Origin: Eledone cirrhosa
Lineage: Eukaryota
Assembly: GCA_964016885.1 (NCBI GenBank)
Contig: OZ024753.1
Coordinates: 25,296,001 to 25,360,000, forward strand
Direction of reading: 5' to 3'
Length of the DNA: 64,000 nucleotides
Of the stretch, positions 16,866-33,450 are shown piece after piece. The position numbers and the translations under genes are program-made. Under the pieces are notes generated by a model. It worked only from the letters and a program-made list of their open reading frames with translations, searched no databases and was not told the DNA's origin. Within the stretch, counting starts at the first letter, position 1. Each line of letters starts with the position of its first letter.

Positions 16866-19299
16866 GCCAAGATATAGAAACATGATAGTAATAACTCCAA
16901 CCAAGACATAGAAACATGATAGTAATAACTCCAACCAAGACATAGAAACATGATAGTAATAACTCCAACCAAGACATAGAAACAGGATAGTAATAACTCC
17001 AACCAAGATATAGAAACAGAATAGTAATAACTCCAACCAAAATATAGAAACATGATAGTAATAACTCCAACCAAGATATAGAAACAGGATAGTAATAACT
17101 CCAACCAAGACATAGAAACAGGATCGTAATAACTCCAACCAAAATATGGAAACATGATAGTAATAACTCCAATCAAGACATAGAAACAGGATAGTAATAA
17201 CTCCAACCAAGACATAGAAACAGGATAGTAATAACTCCAACCAAGACATAGAAACAGGATAGTAATAACTCCAACCAAGATATAGAAACATGATAGTAAT
17301 AACTCCAGCCAAGATATAGAAACAGGTTAGTAATAACTCCAACCAAGACATAGAAACAGGATAGTAATAACTCCAACCAAGATATAGAAACATGATAGTA
17401 ATAACTGCAGTCAAGATATAGAAACATGATAGTAATAACTCCAACCAAGATATAGAAACATGATAGTAATAACTCCAACCAAGACATAGAAACAGGATAG
17501 TAATAACTCCAGACAAGACATAGAAACAGGATAGTAATAACTCCAGACAAGACATAGAAACATGATAGTAATAACTCCAACCAAAATATAGAAACATGAT
17601 AGTAATAACTCCAACCAAGACATAGAAACAGGATAGTAATAACTCCAACCAAGATATAGAAACATGATAGTAATAACTGCAGTCAAGACATAGAAACATG
17701 ATAGTAATAACCCGAACCAAAATATAGAAACATGATAGTAATAACTCCAACCAAGATATAGAAACATGACAGTAATAACTCCAACCAAGACATAGAAACA
17801 TGATAGTAATAACTCCAACCAAGACATAGAAACAGGATAGTAATAACTCCAACCAAGATATAGAAACAGAATAGTAATAACTCCAACCAAAATATAGAAA
17901 CATGATAGTAATAACTCCAACCAAGATATAGAAACAGGATAGTAATAACTCCAACCAAGACATAGAAACAGGATCGTAATAACTCCAACCAAAATATGGA
18001 AACATGATAGTAATAACTCCAATCAAGACATAGAAACAGGATAGTAATAACTCCAACCAAGACATAGAAACAGGATAGTAATAACTCCAACCAAGACATA
18101 GAAACAGGATAGTAATAACTCCAACCAAGATATAGAAACATGATAGTAATAACTCCAGCCAAGATATAGAAACAGGTTAGTAATAACTCCAACCAAGACA
18201 TAGAAACAGGATAGTAATAACTCCAACCAAGATATAGAAACATGATAGTAATAAATGCAGTCAAGATATAGAAACATGATAGTAATAACTCCAACCAAGA
18301 TATAGAAACATGATAGTAATAACTCCAACCAAGACATAGAAACAGGATAGTAATAACTCCAACCAAGACATAGAAACAGGATAGTAATAACACCAGACAA
18401 GACATAGAAACAGGATAGTAATAACTCCAGACAAGACATAGAAACACGATAGTAATAACTCCAACCAAAATATAGAAACATGATAGTAATAACTCCAACC
18501 AAGATATAGAAACATGACAGTAATAACTCCAACCAAGACATAGAAACATGATAGTAATAACTCCAGTCAAGATATAGAAACATGATAGTAATAACTCCAG
18601 TCAAGATATAGAAACATGATAGTAATAACTCCAACCAAGATATAGAAACATGATAGTAATAACTCCAGTCAAGATATAGAAACATGATAGTAATAACTCC
18701 GACCAAGATATAGAAACATGACAGTAATAACTCCAACCAAGACATAGAAACATGATAGTAATAACTCCAGTCAAGATATAGAAACATGATAGTAATAATT
18801 CCAGTCAAGATATAGAAACATGATAGTAATAACTCCAGTCAAGATATAGAAACATGATAGTAATAACTCCAGTCAAGATATAGAAACATGATAGTAATAA
18901 CTCCAGTCAAGATATAGAAACATGATAGTAATAACTCCAATCAAGACATAGAAACATGATAGTAATAACTCCAGTCAAGATATAGAAACATGATAGTAAT
19001 AACTCCAGTCAAGATATAGAAACATGATAGTAATAACTCCAGCCAAGATATAGAAACATGATAGTAATAACTCCAACCAAGACATAGAAACATGATAGTA
19101 ATAACTCCAACCAAGACATAGAAACATGATAGTAATAACTCCAACCAAGATATAGAAACAGGATAGTAATAACTCCAACCAAGACATAGAAACAGGATCG
19201 TAATAACTCCAACCAAAATATGGAAACATGATAGTAATAACTCCAATCAAGACATCGAAACAGGATAGTAATAGCTCCAACCAAGACATAGAAACAGGA

Positions 19300-22200
19300 T
19301 AGTAATAACTCCAACCAAGACATAGAAACAGGATAGTAATAAGTCCAACCAAGACATAGAAACAGGATAGTAATAACTCCAGCCATGATATAGAAACAGG
19401 ATAGTAATAACTCCAACCAAGACATAGAAACAGGATAGTAATAACTCCAACCAAGATATAGAAACATGATAGTAATAACTCCAGCCAAGATATAGAAACA
19501 GGTTAGTAATAACTCCAACCAAGACATAGAAACAGGATAGTAATAACTCCAACCAAGATATAGAAACATGATAGTAATAACTGCAGTCAAGATATAGAAA
19601 CATGATAGTAATAACTCCAGTCAAGATATAGAAACATGATAGTAATAACTCCAACCAAGACATAGAAACAGGATAGTATTAACTCCAGACAAGACATAGA
19701 AACAGGATAGTAATAACTCCAGACAAGACAGAGAAACATGATAGTAATAACTCCAAACAAGACATAGAAATAGGATAGTAATAACTCCAGGCAAGACATA
19801 GAAATAGTATAGTAATAACTCCAGACAAGACAGAGAAACATGATAGTAATAACTGCAGACAAGATATAGAAACATGATAGTAATAACTCCAACCAAGACA
19901 TAGAAACAGGATAGTAATAAGTCCAGACAAGAGATAGAAACATGATAGTAATAACTCCAACCAAGATATAGAAACATGATAGTAATAACTCCAACCAAGA
20001 TATAGAAACATGATAGTAATAACTCCAACCAAGACATAGAAACATGATAGTAATAACTCCAACCAAGACATAGAAACAGGATAGTAATAACTCCAACCAA
20101 GACATAGAAACAGGATAGTAATAACTCCAGACAAGACATAGAAACAGGATAGTAATAACTCCAGACAAGACATAGAAACATGATAGTAATAACTCCAACC
20201 AAGATATAGAAACATGATAGTAATGAACTCCAACCAAGACATAGAAACAGGATAGTAATAACTCCAACCAAGACATAGAAACAGGATAGTAATAACTCCA
20301 GACAAGACATAGAAACATGATAGTAATAACTCGAACCAAAATATAGAAACATGATAGTAATAACTCCAACCAAGATATAGAAACATGACAGTAATAACTC
20401 CAACCAAGACATAGAAACATGATAGTAATAACTCCAGTCAAGATATACAAACATGATAGTAATAACTCCAGTCAAGATATAGAAACATGATAGTAATAAC
20501 TCCAACCAAGATATAGAAACATGATAGTAATAACTCCAGTCAAGATATAAAAACATGATAGTAATAACTCCAACCAAGATATAGAAACATGACAGTAATA
20601 ACTCCAACCAAGACATAGAAACATGATAGTAATAACTCCAGTCAAGATATAGAAATATGATAGTAATAACTCCAGTCAAGATATAGAAACATGATAGTAA
20701 TAACTCCAGTCAAGATATAGAAACATGATAGTAATAACTCCAGTCAAGATATAGAAACATGATAGTAATAACTCCAGTCAAGATATAGAAACATGATAGT
20801 AATAACTCCAATCAAGACATAGAAACATGATAGTAATAACTCCAGTCAAGATATAGAAACATGATAGTAATAACTCCAGTCAAGACATAGAAACATGATA
20901 GTAATAACTCCAGTCAAGACATAGAAACATAATAGTAATAACTTCAGTCAAGATATAGAAACATAATAGTAATAACTCCAATCAAGGTATAGAAACATGA
21001 TAGTAATAACTCCAGTCAAGATATAGAAACATGATAGTAATAACTCCAGCCAAGATATAGAAACATGATAGTAATAACTCCAACCAAGACATAGAAATAT
21101 GATAGTAATAACTCCAACCAAGACATAGAAACATGATAGTAATAACTCCAACCAAGACATAGAAACAGGATAGTAATAACTCCAACCAAGATATAGAAAC
21201 AGAATAGTAATAACTCCAACCAAAATATAGAAACATGATAGTAATAACTCCAACCAAGATATAGAAACAGGATAGTAATAACTCCAACCAAGACATAGAA
21301 ACAGGATCGTAATAACTCCAACCAAAATATGGAAACATGATAGTAATAACTCCAATCAAGACATAGAAACAGGATAGTAATAACTCCAACCAAGACATAG
21401 AAACAGGATAGTAATAACTCCAACCAAGACATAGAAACAGGATAGTAATAAGTCCAACAAAGACATAGAAACAGGATAGTAATAACTCCAGCCAAGATAT
21501 TGTAACAGGATAGTAATAACTCCAACCAAGACATAGAAACAGGATAGTAATAACTCCAGCCAAGATATAGAAACAGGATAGTAATAACTCCAACCAAGAC
21601 ATAGAAACAGGATAGTAATAACTCCAACCAAGATATAGAAACATGATAGTAATAACTCCAGCCAAGATATAGAAACAGGATAGTAATAACTCCAACCAAG
21701 ACATAGAAACAGGATAGTAATAACTCCAACCAAGACATAGAAACAGGATAGTAATAACTCCAACCAAGACATAGAAACAGGATAGTAATAACTCCAGACA
21801 AGACATAGAAACAGGACAGTAATAACTCCAGACAAGACATAGAAGCATGATAGTAATAACTCCAACCAAGATATAGAAACATGATAGTAATAACTCCAAC
21901 CAAGACATAGAAACAGGATAGTAATAACTCCAACCAAGACATAGAAACAGGATAGTAATAACTCCAGACAAGACATAGAAACAGGATAGTAATAACTCCA
22001 GACAAGACATAGAAACATGATAATAATAACTCCGACCAAGACATCGAAACATGATAGTAATAACTCCAAACAAAATATAGAAACATGATAGTAATAACTC
22101 CAAACAAGATATAGAAAAATGACAGTAATAACTTCAACCAAGACATATAAACATGATAGTAATAACTCCAGTCAAGATATCGAAACATGATAGTAATAAC

Positions 22201-25200
22201 TCCAGTCAAGATATAGAAACATGATAGTAATAACTCCAGCCAAGACATGGAAACATGATAGTAATAACTCCAGCCAAGACATAGAAACATGATAGTAATA
22301 ATCCCGCCAAGATATAGAAACATAATAGTAATAACTCCAGTCAAGACATAGAAACATGATAGTAATAACTCCAGTCGAGAAATAGAAACATGATAGTAAT
22401 AACTCCAGTCAAGATATAGAAACATGATAGTAATAACTCCAGTCAAGATATAGAAACATGATAGTAATAACTCCAATCAAGACATAGAAACATGATAGTA
22501 ATAACTCCAGTCAAGATATAGAAACATGATAGTAATAACACCAGTCAAGATATAGAAACGTGATAGTAATAACTCCAGTCAAGATATAGAACCATGATAG
22601 TAATAACTCCAACCAAGATATAGAAACATGACAGTAATAACTCCAACCAAGACATAGAAACATGATAGTAATAACTCCAACCAAGATATAGAAACATGAT
22701 AGTAATAACTCCAGTCAAGATACAGAAACATGATAGTAATAACTCCAACCAAGATATAGAAACATGATAGTAATAACTCCAACCAAGATATAGAAACATG
22801 ATAGTAATAACTCCAACCAAGATATAGAAACATGATAGTAATAACTCCAACCAAGACAGAGACACATGATAGTAATAACACCAACCAAGACATAGAAAGA
22901 AGATAGTAATAACTCCAGTCAAGACATAGAAACATGATAGAAATAACTCCAACCAAGACATAGAAACATGATAGTAAAAACTCCAGACAAGACATAGAAA
23001 CAGGATAGTAATAACTCCAGCCAAGATATAGAAACAGGATTGTAATAACTTCAGTCAAGACATAGAAACACATGATAGTAATAACTCCAACCAAGACATA
23101 GAAACATAATAATCATAACTCCAGTCAAGACATAGAAACATGATAGTAATAACTCCAACCAAGACATAGAAACATGATAGTAATAACTCCAACCAAGACA
23201 TAGAAACATGATAGTAATAACTCCAACCAAGATATAGAAACATGATATTAATAACTCCAACCAAGATATAGACACAGGATATAAATAGCTCCAACCAAGA
23301 CATAGAAATATGATAGTAATAACTCCAACCAAAATATAGAAACATGAGAGTAATAACTCCAATCAAGACATAGAAACAGCATAGTAATAACTCCAGTCAA
23401 GACATAGAAACATGATAGTAATAACTCCAACCAAGATATAGAAACATGATAGTAATAACTCCAGCCAAGATATAGAAACATGATAGTAATAACTGCAACC
23501 AAGACATAGAAACATGATAGTAATAACTCCAACCAAGACATAGAAACATGATAGTAATAACTCCAGCCAAGACATAGAAACAAGATAGTAATAACTCCAA
23601 CCAAGATATAGAAACATGATAGTAATAACTCCAACCAAGACAAAGAAACAGGATAGTATTAACTCCAGACAAGACATAGAAACAGGATAGTAATAACTCC
23701 AGACAAGACAGAGAAACATGATAGTAATAACTCCAACCAAGACATAGAAATAGGATAGTAATAACTCCAGTCAAGATATAGAAACATGATAGTAATAACT
23801 CCAATCAAGACATAGAAACATGATAGTAATAACTCCAGTCTAGATATAGAAACATGATAGTAATAACTCCAGTGAAGATATAGAAACATGATAGTAATAC
23901 CTCCAACCAAGACATAGAAACATGATAGTAATAACTCCAGTCAAGATATAGAAACATAATAGTAATAACTCCAATCAAGGTATAGAAACATGATAGTAAT
24001 AACTCCAGTCAAGATATAGAAACATGATAGTAATAACTCCAGCCAAGATATAGAAACATGATAGTAATAACTCCAACCAAGACATAGAAACAGGATAGTA
24101 AAAACTCCAGACAAGACATAGAAACAGGATAGTAATAACTCCAGACAAGACATAGAAACATGATAGTAATAACTCCAACCAAGACATAGAAACAGGATAG
24201 TAATAAGTCCAGACAAGAGATAGAAACATGATAGTAATAACTCCAACCAAGATATAGAAAGATGATAGTAATAACTCCAACCAAGATATAGAAACATGAT
24301 AGTAATAACTCCAGCCAAGACATAGAAACAAGATAGTAATAACTCCAACCAAGATATAGAAACATGATAGTAATAACTCCAACCAAGACAAAGAAACAGG
24401 ATAGTATTAACTCCAGACAAGACATAGAAACAGGATAGTAATAACTCCAACCAAGACATAGAAACAGGATAGTAATAAGTCCAACCAAGACATAGAAACA
24501 GGATAGTAATAACTCCAGCCATGATATAGAAACAGGATAGTAATAACTCCAACCAAGACATAGAAACAGGATAGTAATAACTCCAACCAAGATATAGAAA
24601 CATGATAGTAATAACTACAGCCAAGATATAGAAACAGGTTAGTAATAACTCCAACCAAGACATAGAAACAGGATAGTAATAACTCCAACCAAGATATAGA
24701 AACATGATAGTAATAACTGCAGTCAAGATATAGAAACATGATAGTAATAACTCCAGTCAAGATATAGAAACATGATAGTAATAACTCCAACCAAGACATA
24801 GAAACAGGATAGTATTAACTCCAGACAAGACATAGAAACAGGATAGTAATAACTCCAGACAAGACAGAGAAACATGATAGTAATAACTCCAAACAAGACA
24901 TAGAAATAGGATAGTAATAACTCCAGGCAAGACATAGAAATAGTATAGTAATAACTCCAGACAAGACAGAGAAACATGATAGTAATAACTGCAGACAAGA
25001 TATAGAAACATGATAGTAATAACTCCAACCAAGACATAGAAACAGGATAGTAATAAGTCCAGACAAGAGATAGAAACATGATAGTAATAACTCCAACCAA
25101 GATATAGAAACATGATAGTAATAACTCCAACCAAGATATAGAAACATGATAGTAATAACTCCAACCAAGACATAGAAACATGATAGTAATAACTCCAACC

Positions 25201-28200
25201 AAGACATAGAAACAGGATAGTAATAACTCCAACCAAGACATAGAAACAGGATAGTAATAACTCCAGACAAGACATAGAAACAGGATAGTAATAACTCCAG
25301 ACAAGACATAGAAACATGATAGTAATAACTCCAACCAAGATATAGAAACATGATAGTAATGAACTCCAACCAAGACATAGAAACAGGATAGTAATAACTC
25401 CAACCAAGACATAGAAACAGGATAGTAATAACTCCAGACAAGACATAGAAACATGATAGTAATAACTCGAACCAAAATATAGAAACATGATAGTAATAAC
25501 TCCAACCAAGATATAGAAACATGACAGTAATAACTCCAACCAAGACATAGAAACATGATAGTAATAACTCCAGTCAAGATATACAAACATGATAGTAATA
25601 ACTCCAGTCAAGATATAGAAACATGATAGTAATAACTCCAACCAAGATATAGAAACATGATAGTTATAACTCCAGTCAAGATATAAAAACATGATAGTAA
25701 TAACTCCAACCAAGATATAGAAACATGACAGTAATAACTCCAACCAAGACATAGAAACATGATAGTAATAACTCCAGTCAAGATATAGAAATATGATAGT
25801 AATAACTCCAGTCAAGATATAGAAACATGATAGTAATAACTCCAGTCAAGATATAGAAACATGATAGTAATAACTCCAGTCAAGATATAGAAACATGATA
25901 GTAATAACTCCAGTCAAGATATAGAAACATGATAGTAATAACTCCATTCAAGACATAGAAACATGATAGTAATAACTCCAGTCAAGATATAGAAACATGA
26001 TAGTAATAACTCCAGTCAAGACATAGAAACATGATAGTAATAACTCCAGTCAAGACATAGAAACATAATAGTAATAACTTCAGTCAAGATATAGAAACAT
26101 AATAGTAATAACTCCAATCAAGGTATAGAAACATGATAGTAATAACTCCAGTCAAGATATAGAAACATGATAGTAATAACTCCAGCCAAGATATAGAAAC
26201 ATGATAGTAATAACTCCAACCAAGACATAGAAATATGATAGTAATAACTCCAACCAAGACATAGAAACATGATAGTAATAACTCCAGCCAAGACATGGAA
26301 ACATGATAGTAATAACTCCAGCCAAGACATAGAAACATGATAGTAATAATCCCGCCAAGATATAGAAACATAATAGTAATAACTCCAGTCAAGACATAGA
26401 AACATGATAGTAATAACTCCAGTCGAGACATAGAAACATGATAGTAATAACTCCAGTCAAGATATAGAAACATGATAGTAATAACTCCAGTCAAGATATA
26501 GAAACATGATAGTAATAACTCCAATCAAGACATAGAAACATGATAGTAATAACTCCAGTCAAGATATAGAAACATGATAGTAATAACACCAGTCAAGATA
26601 TAGAAACGTGATAGTAATAACTCCAGTCAAGATATAGAACCATGATAGTAATAACTCCAACCAAGATATAGAAACATGACAGTAATAACTCCAACCAAGA
26701 CATAGAAACATGATAGTAATAACTCCAACCAAGATATAGAAACATGATAGTAATAACTCCAGTCAAGATACAGAAACATGATAGTAATAACTCCAACCAA
26801 GATATAGAAACATGATAGTAATAACTCCAACCAAGATATAGAAACATGATAGTAATAACTCCAACCAAGATATAGAAACATGATAGTAATAACTCCAACC
26901 AAGACAGAGACACATGATAGTAATAACACCAACCAAGACATAGAAAGAAGATAGTAATAACTCCAGTCAAGACATAGAAACATGATAGAAATAACTCCAA
27001 CCAAGACATAGAAACATGATAGTAAAAACTCCAGACAAGACATAGAAACAGGATAGTAATAACTCCAGCCAAGATATAGAAACAGGATTGTAATAACTTC
27101 AGTCAAGACATAGAAACACATGATAGTAATAACTCCAACCAAGACATAGAAACATAATAATCATAACTCCAGTCAAGACATAGAAACATGATAGTAATAA
27201 CTCCAACCAAGACATAGAAACATGATAGTAATAACTCCAACCAAGACATAGAAACATGATAGTAATAACTCCAACCAAGATATAGAAACATGATATTAAT
27301 AACTCCAACCAAGATATAGACACAGGATATAAATAGCTCCAACCAAGACATAGAAATATGATAGTAATAACTCCAACCAAAATATAGAAACATGATAGTA
27401 ATAACTCCAATCAAGACATAGAAACAGCATAGTAATAACTCCAGTCAAGACATAGAAACATGATAGTAATAACTCCAACCAAGATATAGAAACATGATAG
27501 TAATAACTCCAGCCAAGATATAGAAACATGATAGTAATAACTGCAACCAAGACATAGAAACATGATAGTAATAACTCCAACCAAGACATAGAAACATGAT
27601 AGTAATAACTCCAGCCAAGACATAGAAACAAGATAGTAATAACTCCAACCAAGATATAGAAACATGATAATAATAACTCCAACCAAGACAAAGAAACAGG
27701 ATAGTATTAACTCCAGACAAGACATAGAAACAGGATAGTAATAACTCCAGACAAGACAGAGAAACATGATAGTAATAACTCCAACCAAGACATAGAAATA
27801 GGATAGTAATAACTCCAGTCAAGATATAGAAACATGATAGTAATAACTCCAATCAAGACATAGAAACATGATAGTAATAACTCCAGTCTAGATATAGAAA
27901 CATGATAGTAATAACTCCAGTGAAGATATAGAAACATGATAGTAATACCTCCAACCAAGACATAGAAACATGATAGTAATAACTCCAGTCAAGATATAGA
28001 AACATAATAGTAATAACTCCAATCAAGGTATAGAAACATGATAGTAATAACTCCAGTCAAGATATAGAAACATGATAGTAATAACTCCAGCCAAGATATA
28101 GAAACATGATAGTAATAACTCCAACCAAGACATAGAAACAGGATAGTAAAAACTCCAGACAAGACATAGAAACAGGATAGTAATAACTCCAGACAAGACA

Positions 28201-31200
28201 TAGAAACATGATAGTAATAACTCCAACCAAGACATAGAAACAGGATAGTAATAAGTCCAGACAAGAGATAGAAACATGATAGTAATAACTCCAACCAAGA
28301 TATAGAAAGATGATAGTAATAACTCCAACCAAGATATAGAAACATGATAGTAATAACTCCAGCCAAGACATAGAAACAAGATAGTAATAACTCCAACCAA
28401 GATATAGAAACATGATAGTAATAACTCCAACCAAGACAAAGAAACAGGATAGTATTAACTCCAGACAAGACATAGAAACAGGATAGTAATAACTCCAACC
28501 AAGACATAGAAACAGGATAGTAATAAGTCCAACCAAGACATAGAAACAGGATAGTAATAACTCCAGCCATGATATAGAAACAGGATAGTAATAACTCCAA
28601 CCAAGACATAGAAACAGGATAGTAATAACTCCAACCAAGATATAGAAACATGATAGTAATAACTACAGCCAAGATATAGAAACAGGTTAGTAATAACTCC
28701 AACCAAGACATAGAAACAGGATAGTAATAACTCCAACCAAGATATAGAAACATGATAGTAATAACTGCAGTCAAGATATAGAAACATGATAGTAATAACT
28801 CCAGTCAAGATATAGAAACATGATAGTAATAACTCCAACCAAGACATAGAAACAGGATAGTATTAACTCCAGACAAGACATAGAAACAGGATAGTAATAA
28901 CTCCAGACAAGACAGAGAAACATGATAGTAATAACTCCAAACAAGACATAGAAATAGGATAGTAATAACTCCAGGCAAGACATAGAAATAGTATAGTAAT
29001 AACTCCAGACAAGACAGAGAAACATGATAGTAATAACTGCAGACAAGATATAGAAACATGATAGTAATAACTCCAACCAAGACATAGAAACAGGATAGTA
29101 ATAAGTCCAGACAAGAGATAGAAACATGATAGTAATAACTCCAACCAAGATATAGAAACATGATAGTAATAACTCCAACCAAGATATAGAAACATGATAG
29201 TAATAACTCCAACCAAGACATAGAAACAGGATAGTAATAACTCCAACCAAGACATAGAAACAGGATAGTAATAACTCCAGACAAGACATAGAAACAGGAT
29301 AGTAATAACTCCAGACAAGACATAGAAACATGATAGTAATAACTCCAACCAAGATATAGAAACATGATAGTAATGAACTCCAACCAAGACATAGAAACAG
29401 GATAGTAATAACTCCAACCAAGACATAGAAACAGGATAGTAATAACTCCAGACAAGACATAGAAACATGATAGTAATAACTCGAACCAAAATATAGAAAC
29501 ATGATAGTAATAACTCCAACCAAGATATAGAAACATGACAGTAATAACTCCAACCAAGACATAGAAACATGATAGTAATAACTCCAGTCAAGATATACAA
29601 ACATGATAGTAATAACTCCAGTCAAGATATAGAAACATGATAGTAATAACTCCAACCAAGATATAGAAACATGATAGTAATAACTCCAGTCAAGATATAA
29701 AAACATGATAGTAATAACTCCAACCAAGATATAGAAACATGACAGTAATAACTCCAACCAAGACATAGAAACATGATAGTAATAACTCCAGTCAAGATAT
29801 AGAAATATGATAGTAATAACTCCAGTCAAGATATAGAAACATGATAGTAATAACTCCAGTCAAGATATAGAAACATGATAGTAATAACTCCAGTCAAGAT
29901 ATAGAAACATGATAGTAATAACTCCAGTCAAGATATAGAAACATGATAGTAATAACTCCATTCAAGACATAGAAACATGATAGTAATAACTCCAGTCAAG
30001 ATATAGAAACATGATAGTAATAACTCCAGTCAAGACATAGAAACATGATAGTAATAACTCCAGTCAAGACATAGAAACATAATAGTAATAACTTCAGTCA
30101 AGATATAGAAACATAATAGTAATAACTCCAATCAAGGTATAGAAACATGATAGTAATAACTCCAGTCAAGATATAGAAACATGATAGTAATAACTCCAGC
30201 CAAGATATAGAAACATGATAGTAATAACTCCAACCAAGACATAGAAATATGATAGTAATAACTCCAACCAAGACATAGAAACATGATAGTAATAACTCCA
30301 ACCAAGACATAGAAACAGGATAGTAATAACTCCAACCAAGATATAGAAACAGAATAGTAATAACTCCAACCAAAATATAGAAACATGATAGTAATAACTC
30401 CAACCAAGATATAGAAACAGGATAGTAATAACTCCAACCAAGACATAGAAACAGGATCGTAATAACTCCAACCAAAATATGGAAACATGATAGTAATAAC
30501 TCCAATCAAGACATAGAAACAGGATAGTAATAACTCCAACCAAGACATAGAAACAGGATAGTAATAACTCCAACCAAGACATAGAAACAGGATAGTAATA
30601 AGTCCAACAAAGACATAGAAACAGGATAGTAATAACTCCAGCCAAGATATTGAAACAGGATAGTAATAACTCCAACCAAGACATAGAAACAGGATAGTAA
30701 TAACTCCAACCAAGACATAGAAACAGGATAGTAATAACTCCAGCCAAGATATAGAAACAGGATAGTAATAACTCCAACCAAGACATAGAAACAGGATAGT
30801 AATAACTCCAACCAAGATATAGAAACATGATAGTAATAACTCCAGCCAAGATATAGAAACAGGATAGTAATAACTCCAACCAAGACATAGAAACAGGATA
30901 GTAATAACTCCAACCAAGACATAGAAACAGGATAGTAATAACTCCAACCAAGACATAGAAACAGGATAGTAATAACTCCAGACAAGACATAGAAACAGGA
31001 CAGTAATAACTCCAGACAAGACATAGAAGCATGATAGTAATAACTCCAACCAAGATATAGAAACATGATAGTAATAACTCCAACCAAGACATAGAAACAG
31101 GATAGTAATAACTCCAACCAAGACATAGAAACAGGATAGTAATAACTCCAGACAAGACATAGAAACAGGATAGTAATAACTCCAGACAAGACATAGAAAC

Positions 31201-33450
31201 ATGATAATAATAACTCCGACCAAGACATCGAAACATGATAGTAATAACTCCAAACAAAATATAGAAACATGATAGTAATAACTCCAAACAAGATATAGAA
31301 AAATGACAGTAATAACTTCAACCAAGACATATAAACATGATAGTAATAACTCCAGTCAAGATATCGAAACATGATAGTAATAACTCCAGTCAAGATATAG
31401 AAACATGATAGTAATAACTCCAGCCAAGACATGGAAACATGATAGTAATAACTCCAGCCAAGACACAGAAACATGATAGTAATAATCCCGCCAAGATATA
31501 GAAACATAATAGTAATAACTCCAGTCAAGACATAGAAACATGATAGTAATAACTCCAGTCGAGACATAGAAACATGATAGTAATAACTCCAGTCAAGATA
31601 TAGAAACATGATAGTAATAACTCCAGTCAAGATATAGAAACATGATAGTAATAACTCCAATCAAGACATAGAAACATGATAGTAATAACTCCAGTCAAGA
31701 TATAGAAACATGATAGTAATAACACCAGTCAAGATATAGAAACGTGATAGTAATAACTCCAGTCAAGATATAGAACCATGATAGTAATAACTCCAACCAA
31801 GATATAGAAACATGACAGTAATAACTCCAACCAAGACATAGAAACATGATAGTAATAACTCCAACCAAGATATAGAAACATGATAGTAATAACTCCAGTC
31901 AAGATACAGAAACATGATAGTAATAACTCCAACCAAGATATAGAAACATGATAGTAATAACTCCAACCAAGATATAGAAACATGATAGTAATAACTCCAA
32001 CCAAGATATAGAAACATGATAGTAATAACTCCAACCAAGACAGAGACACATGATAGTAATAACACCAACCAAGACATAGAAAGAAGATAGTAATAACTCC
32101 AGTCAAGACATAGAAACATGATAGAAATAACTCCAACCAAGACATAGAAACATGATAGTAAAAACTCCAGACAAGACATAGAAACAGGATAGTAATAACT
32201 CCAGCCAAGATATAGAAACAGGATTGTAATAACTTCAGTCAAGACATAGAAACACATGATAGTAATAACTCCAACCAAGACATAGAAACATAATAATCAT
32301 AACTCCAGTCAAGACATAGAAACATGATAGTAATAACTCCAACCAAGACATAGAAACATGATAGTAATAACTCCAACCAAGACATAGAAACATGATAGTA
32401 ATAACTCCAACCAAGATATAGAAACATGATATTAATAACTCCAACCAAGATATAGACACAGGATATAAATAGCTCCAACCAAGACATAGAAATATGATAG
32501 TAATAACTCCAACCAAAATATAGAAACATGATAGTAATAACTCCAATCAAGACATAGAAACAGCATAGTAATAACTCCAGTCAAGACATAGAAACATGAT
32601 AGTAATAACTCCAACCAAGATATAGAAACATGATAGTAATAACTCCAGCCAAGATATAGAAACATGATAGTAATAACTGCAACCAAGACATAGAAACATG
32701 ATAGTAATAACTCCAACCAAGACATAGAAACATGATAGTAATAACTCCAGCCAAGACATAGAAACAAGATAGTAATAACTCCAACCAAGATATAGAAACA
32801 TGATAGTAATAACTCCAACCAAGACAAAGAAACAGGATAGTATTAACTCCAGACAAGACATAGAAACAGGATAGTAATAACTCCAGACAAGACAGAGAAA
32901 CATGATAGTAATAACTCCAACCAAGACATAGAAATAGGATAGTAATAACTCCAGTCAAGATATAGAAACATGATAGTAATAACTCCAATCAAGACATAGA
33001 AACATGATAGTAATAACTCCAGTCTAGATATAGAAACATGATAGTAATAACTCCAGTGAAGATATAGAAACATGATAGTAATACCTCCAACCAAGACATA
33101 GAAACATGATAGTAATAACTCCAGTCAAGATATAGAAACATAATAGTAATAACTCCAATCAAGGTATAGAAACATGATAGTAATAACTCCAGTCAAGATA
33201 TAGAAACATGATAGTAATAACTCCAGCCAAGATATAGAAACATGATAGTAATAACTCCAACCAAGACATAGAAACAGGATAGTAAAAACTCCAGACAAGA
33301 CATAGAAACAGGATAGTAATAACTCCAGACAAGACATAGAAACATGATAGTAATAACTCCAACCAAGACATAGAAACAGGATAGTAATAAGTCCAGACAA
33401 GAGATAGAAACATGATAGTAATAACTCCAACCAAGATATAGAAAGATGAT
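19300..33450 (+). repeat. Interleaved higher-order duplications with offsets ~4048 and ~5136 bp
   Basis: Near-identical ORF translations at 22545/26593/31729 and 19587/24723. The +1 indel 'taatgaactc' recurs at ~20221, ~25357 and ~29371; the +2 indel 'aaacacatg' at ~23066, ~27115 and ~32250. Boundaries are approximate. Confidence 0.85.
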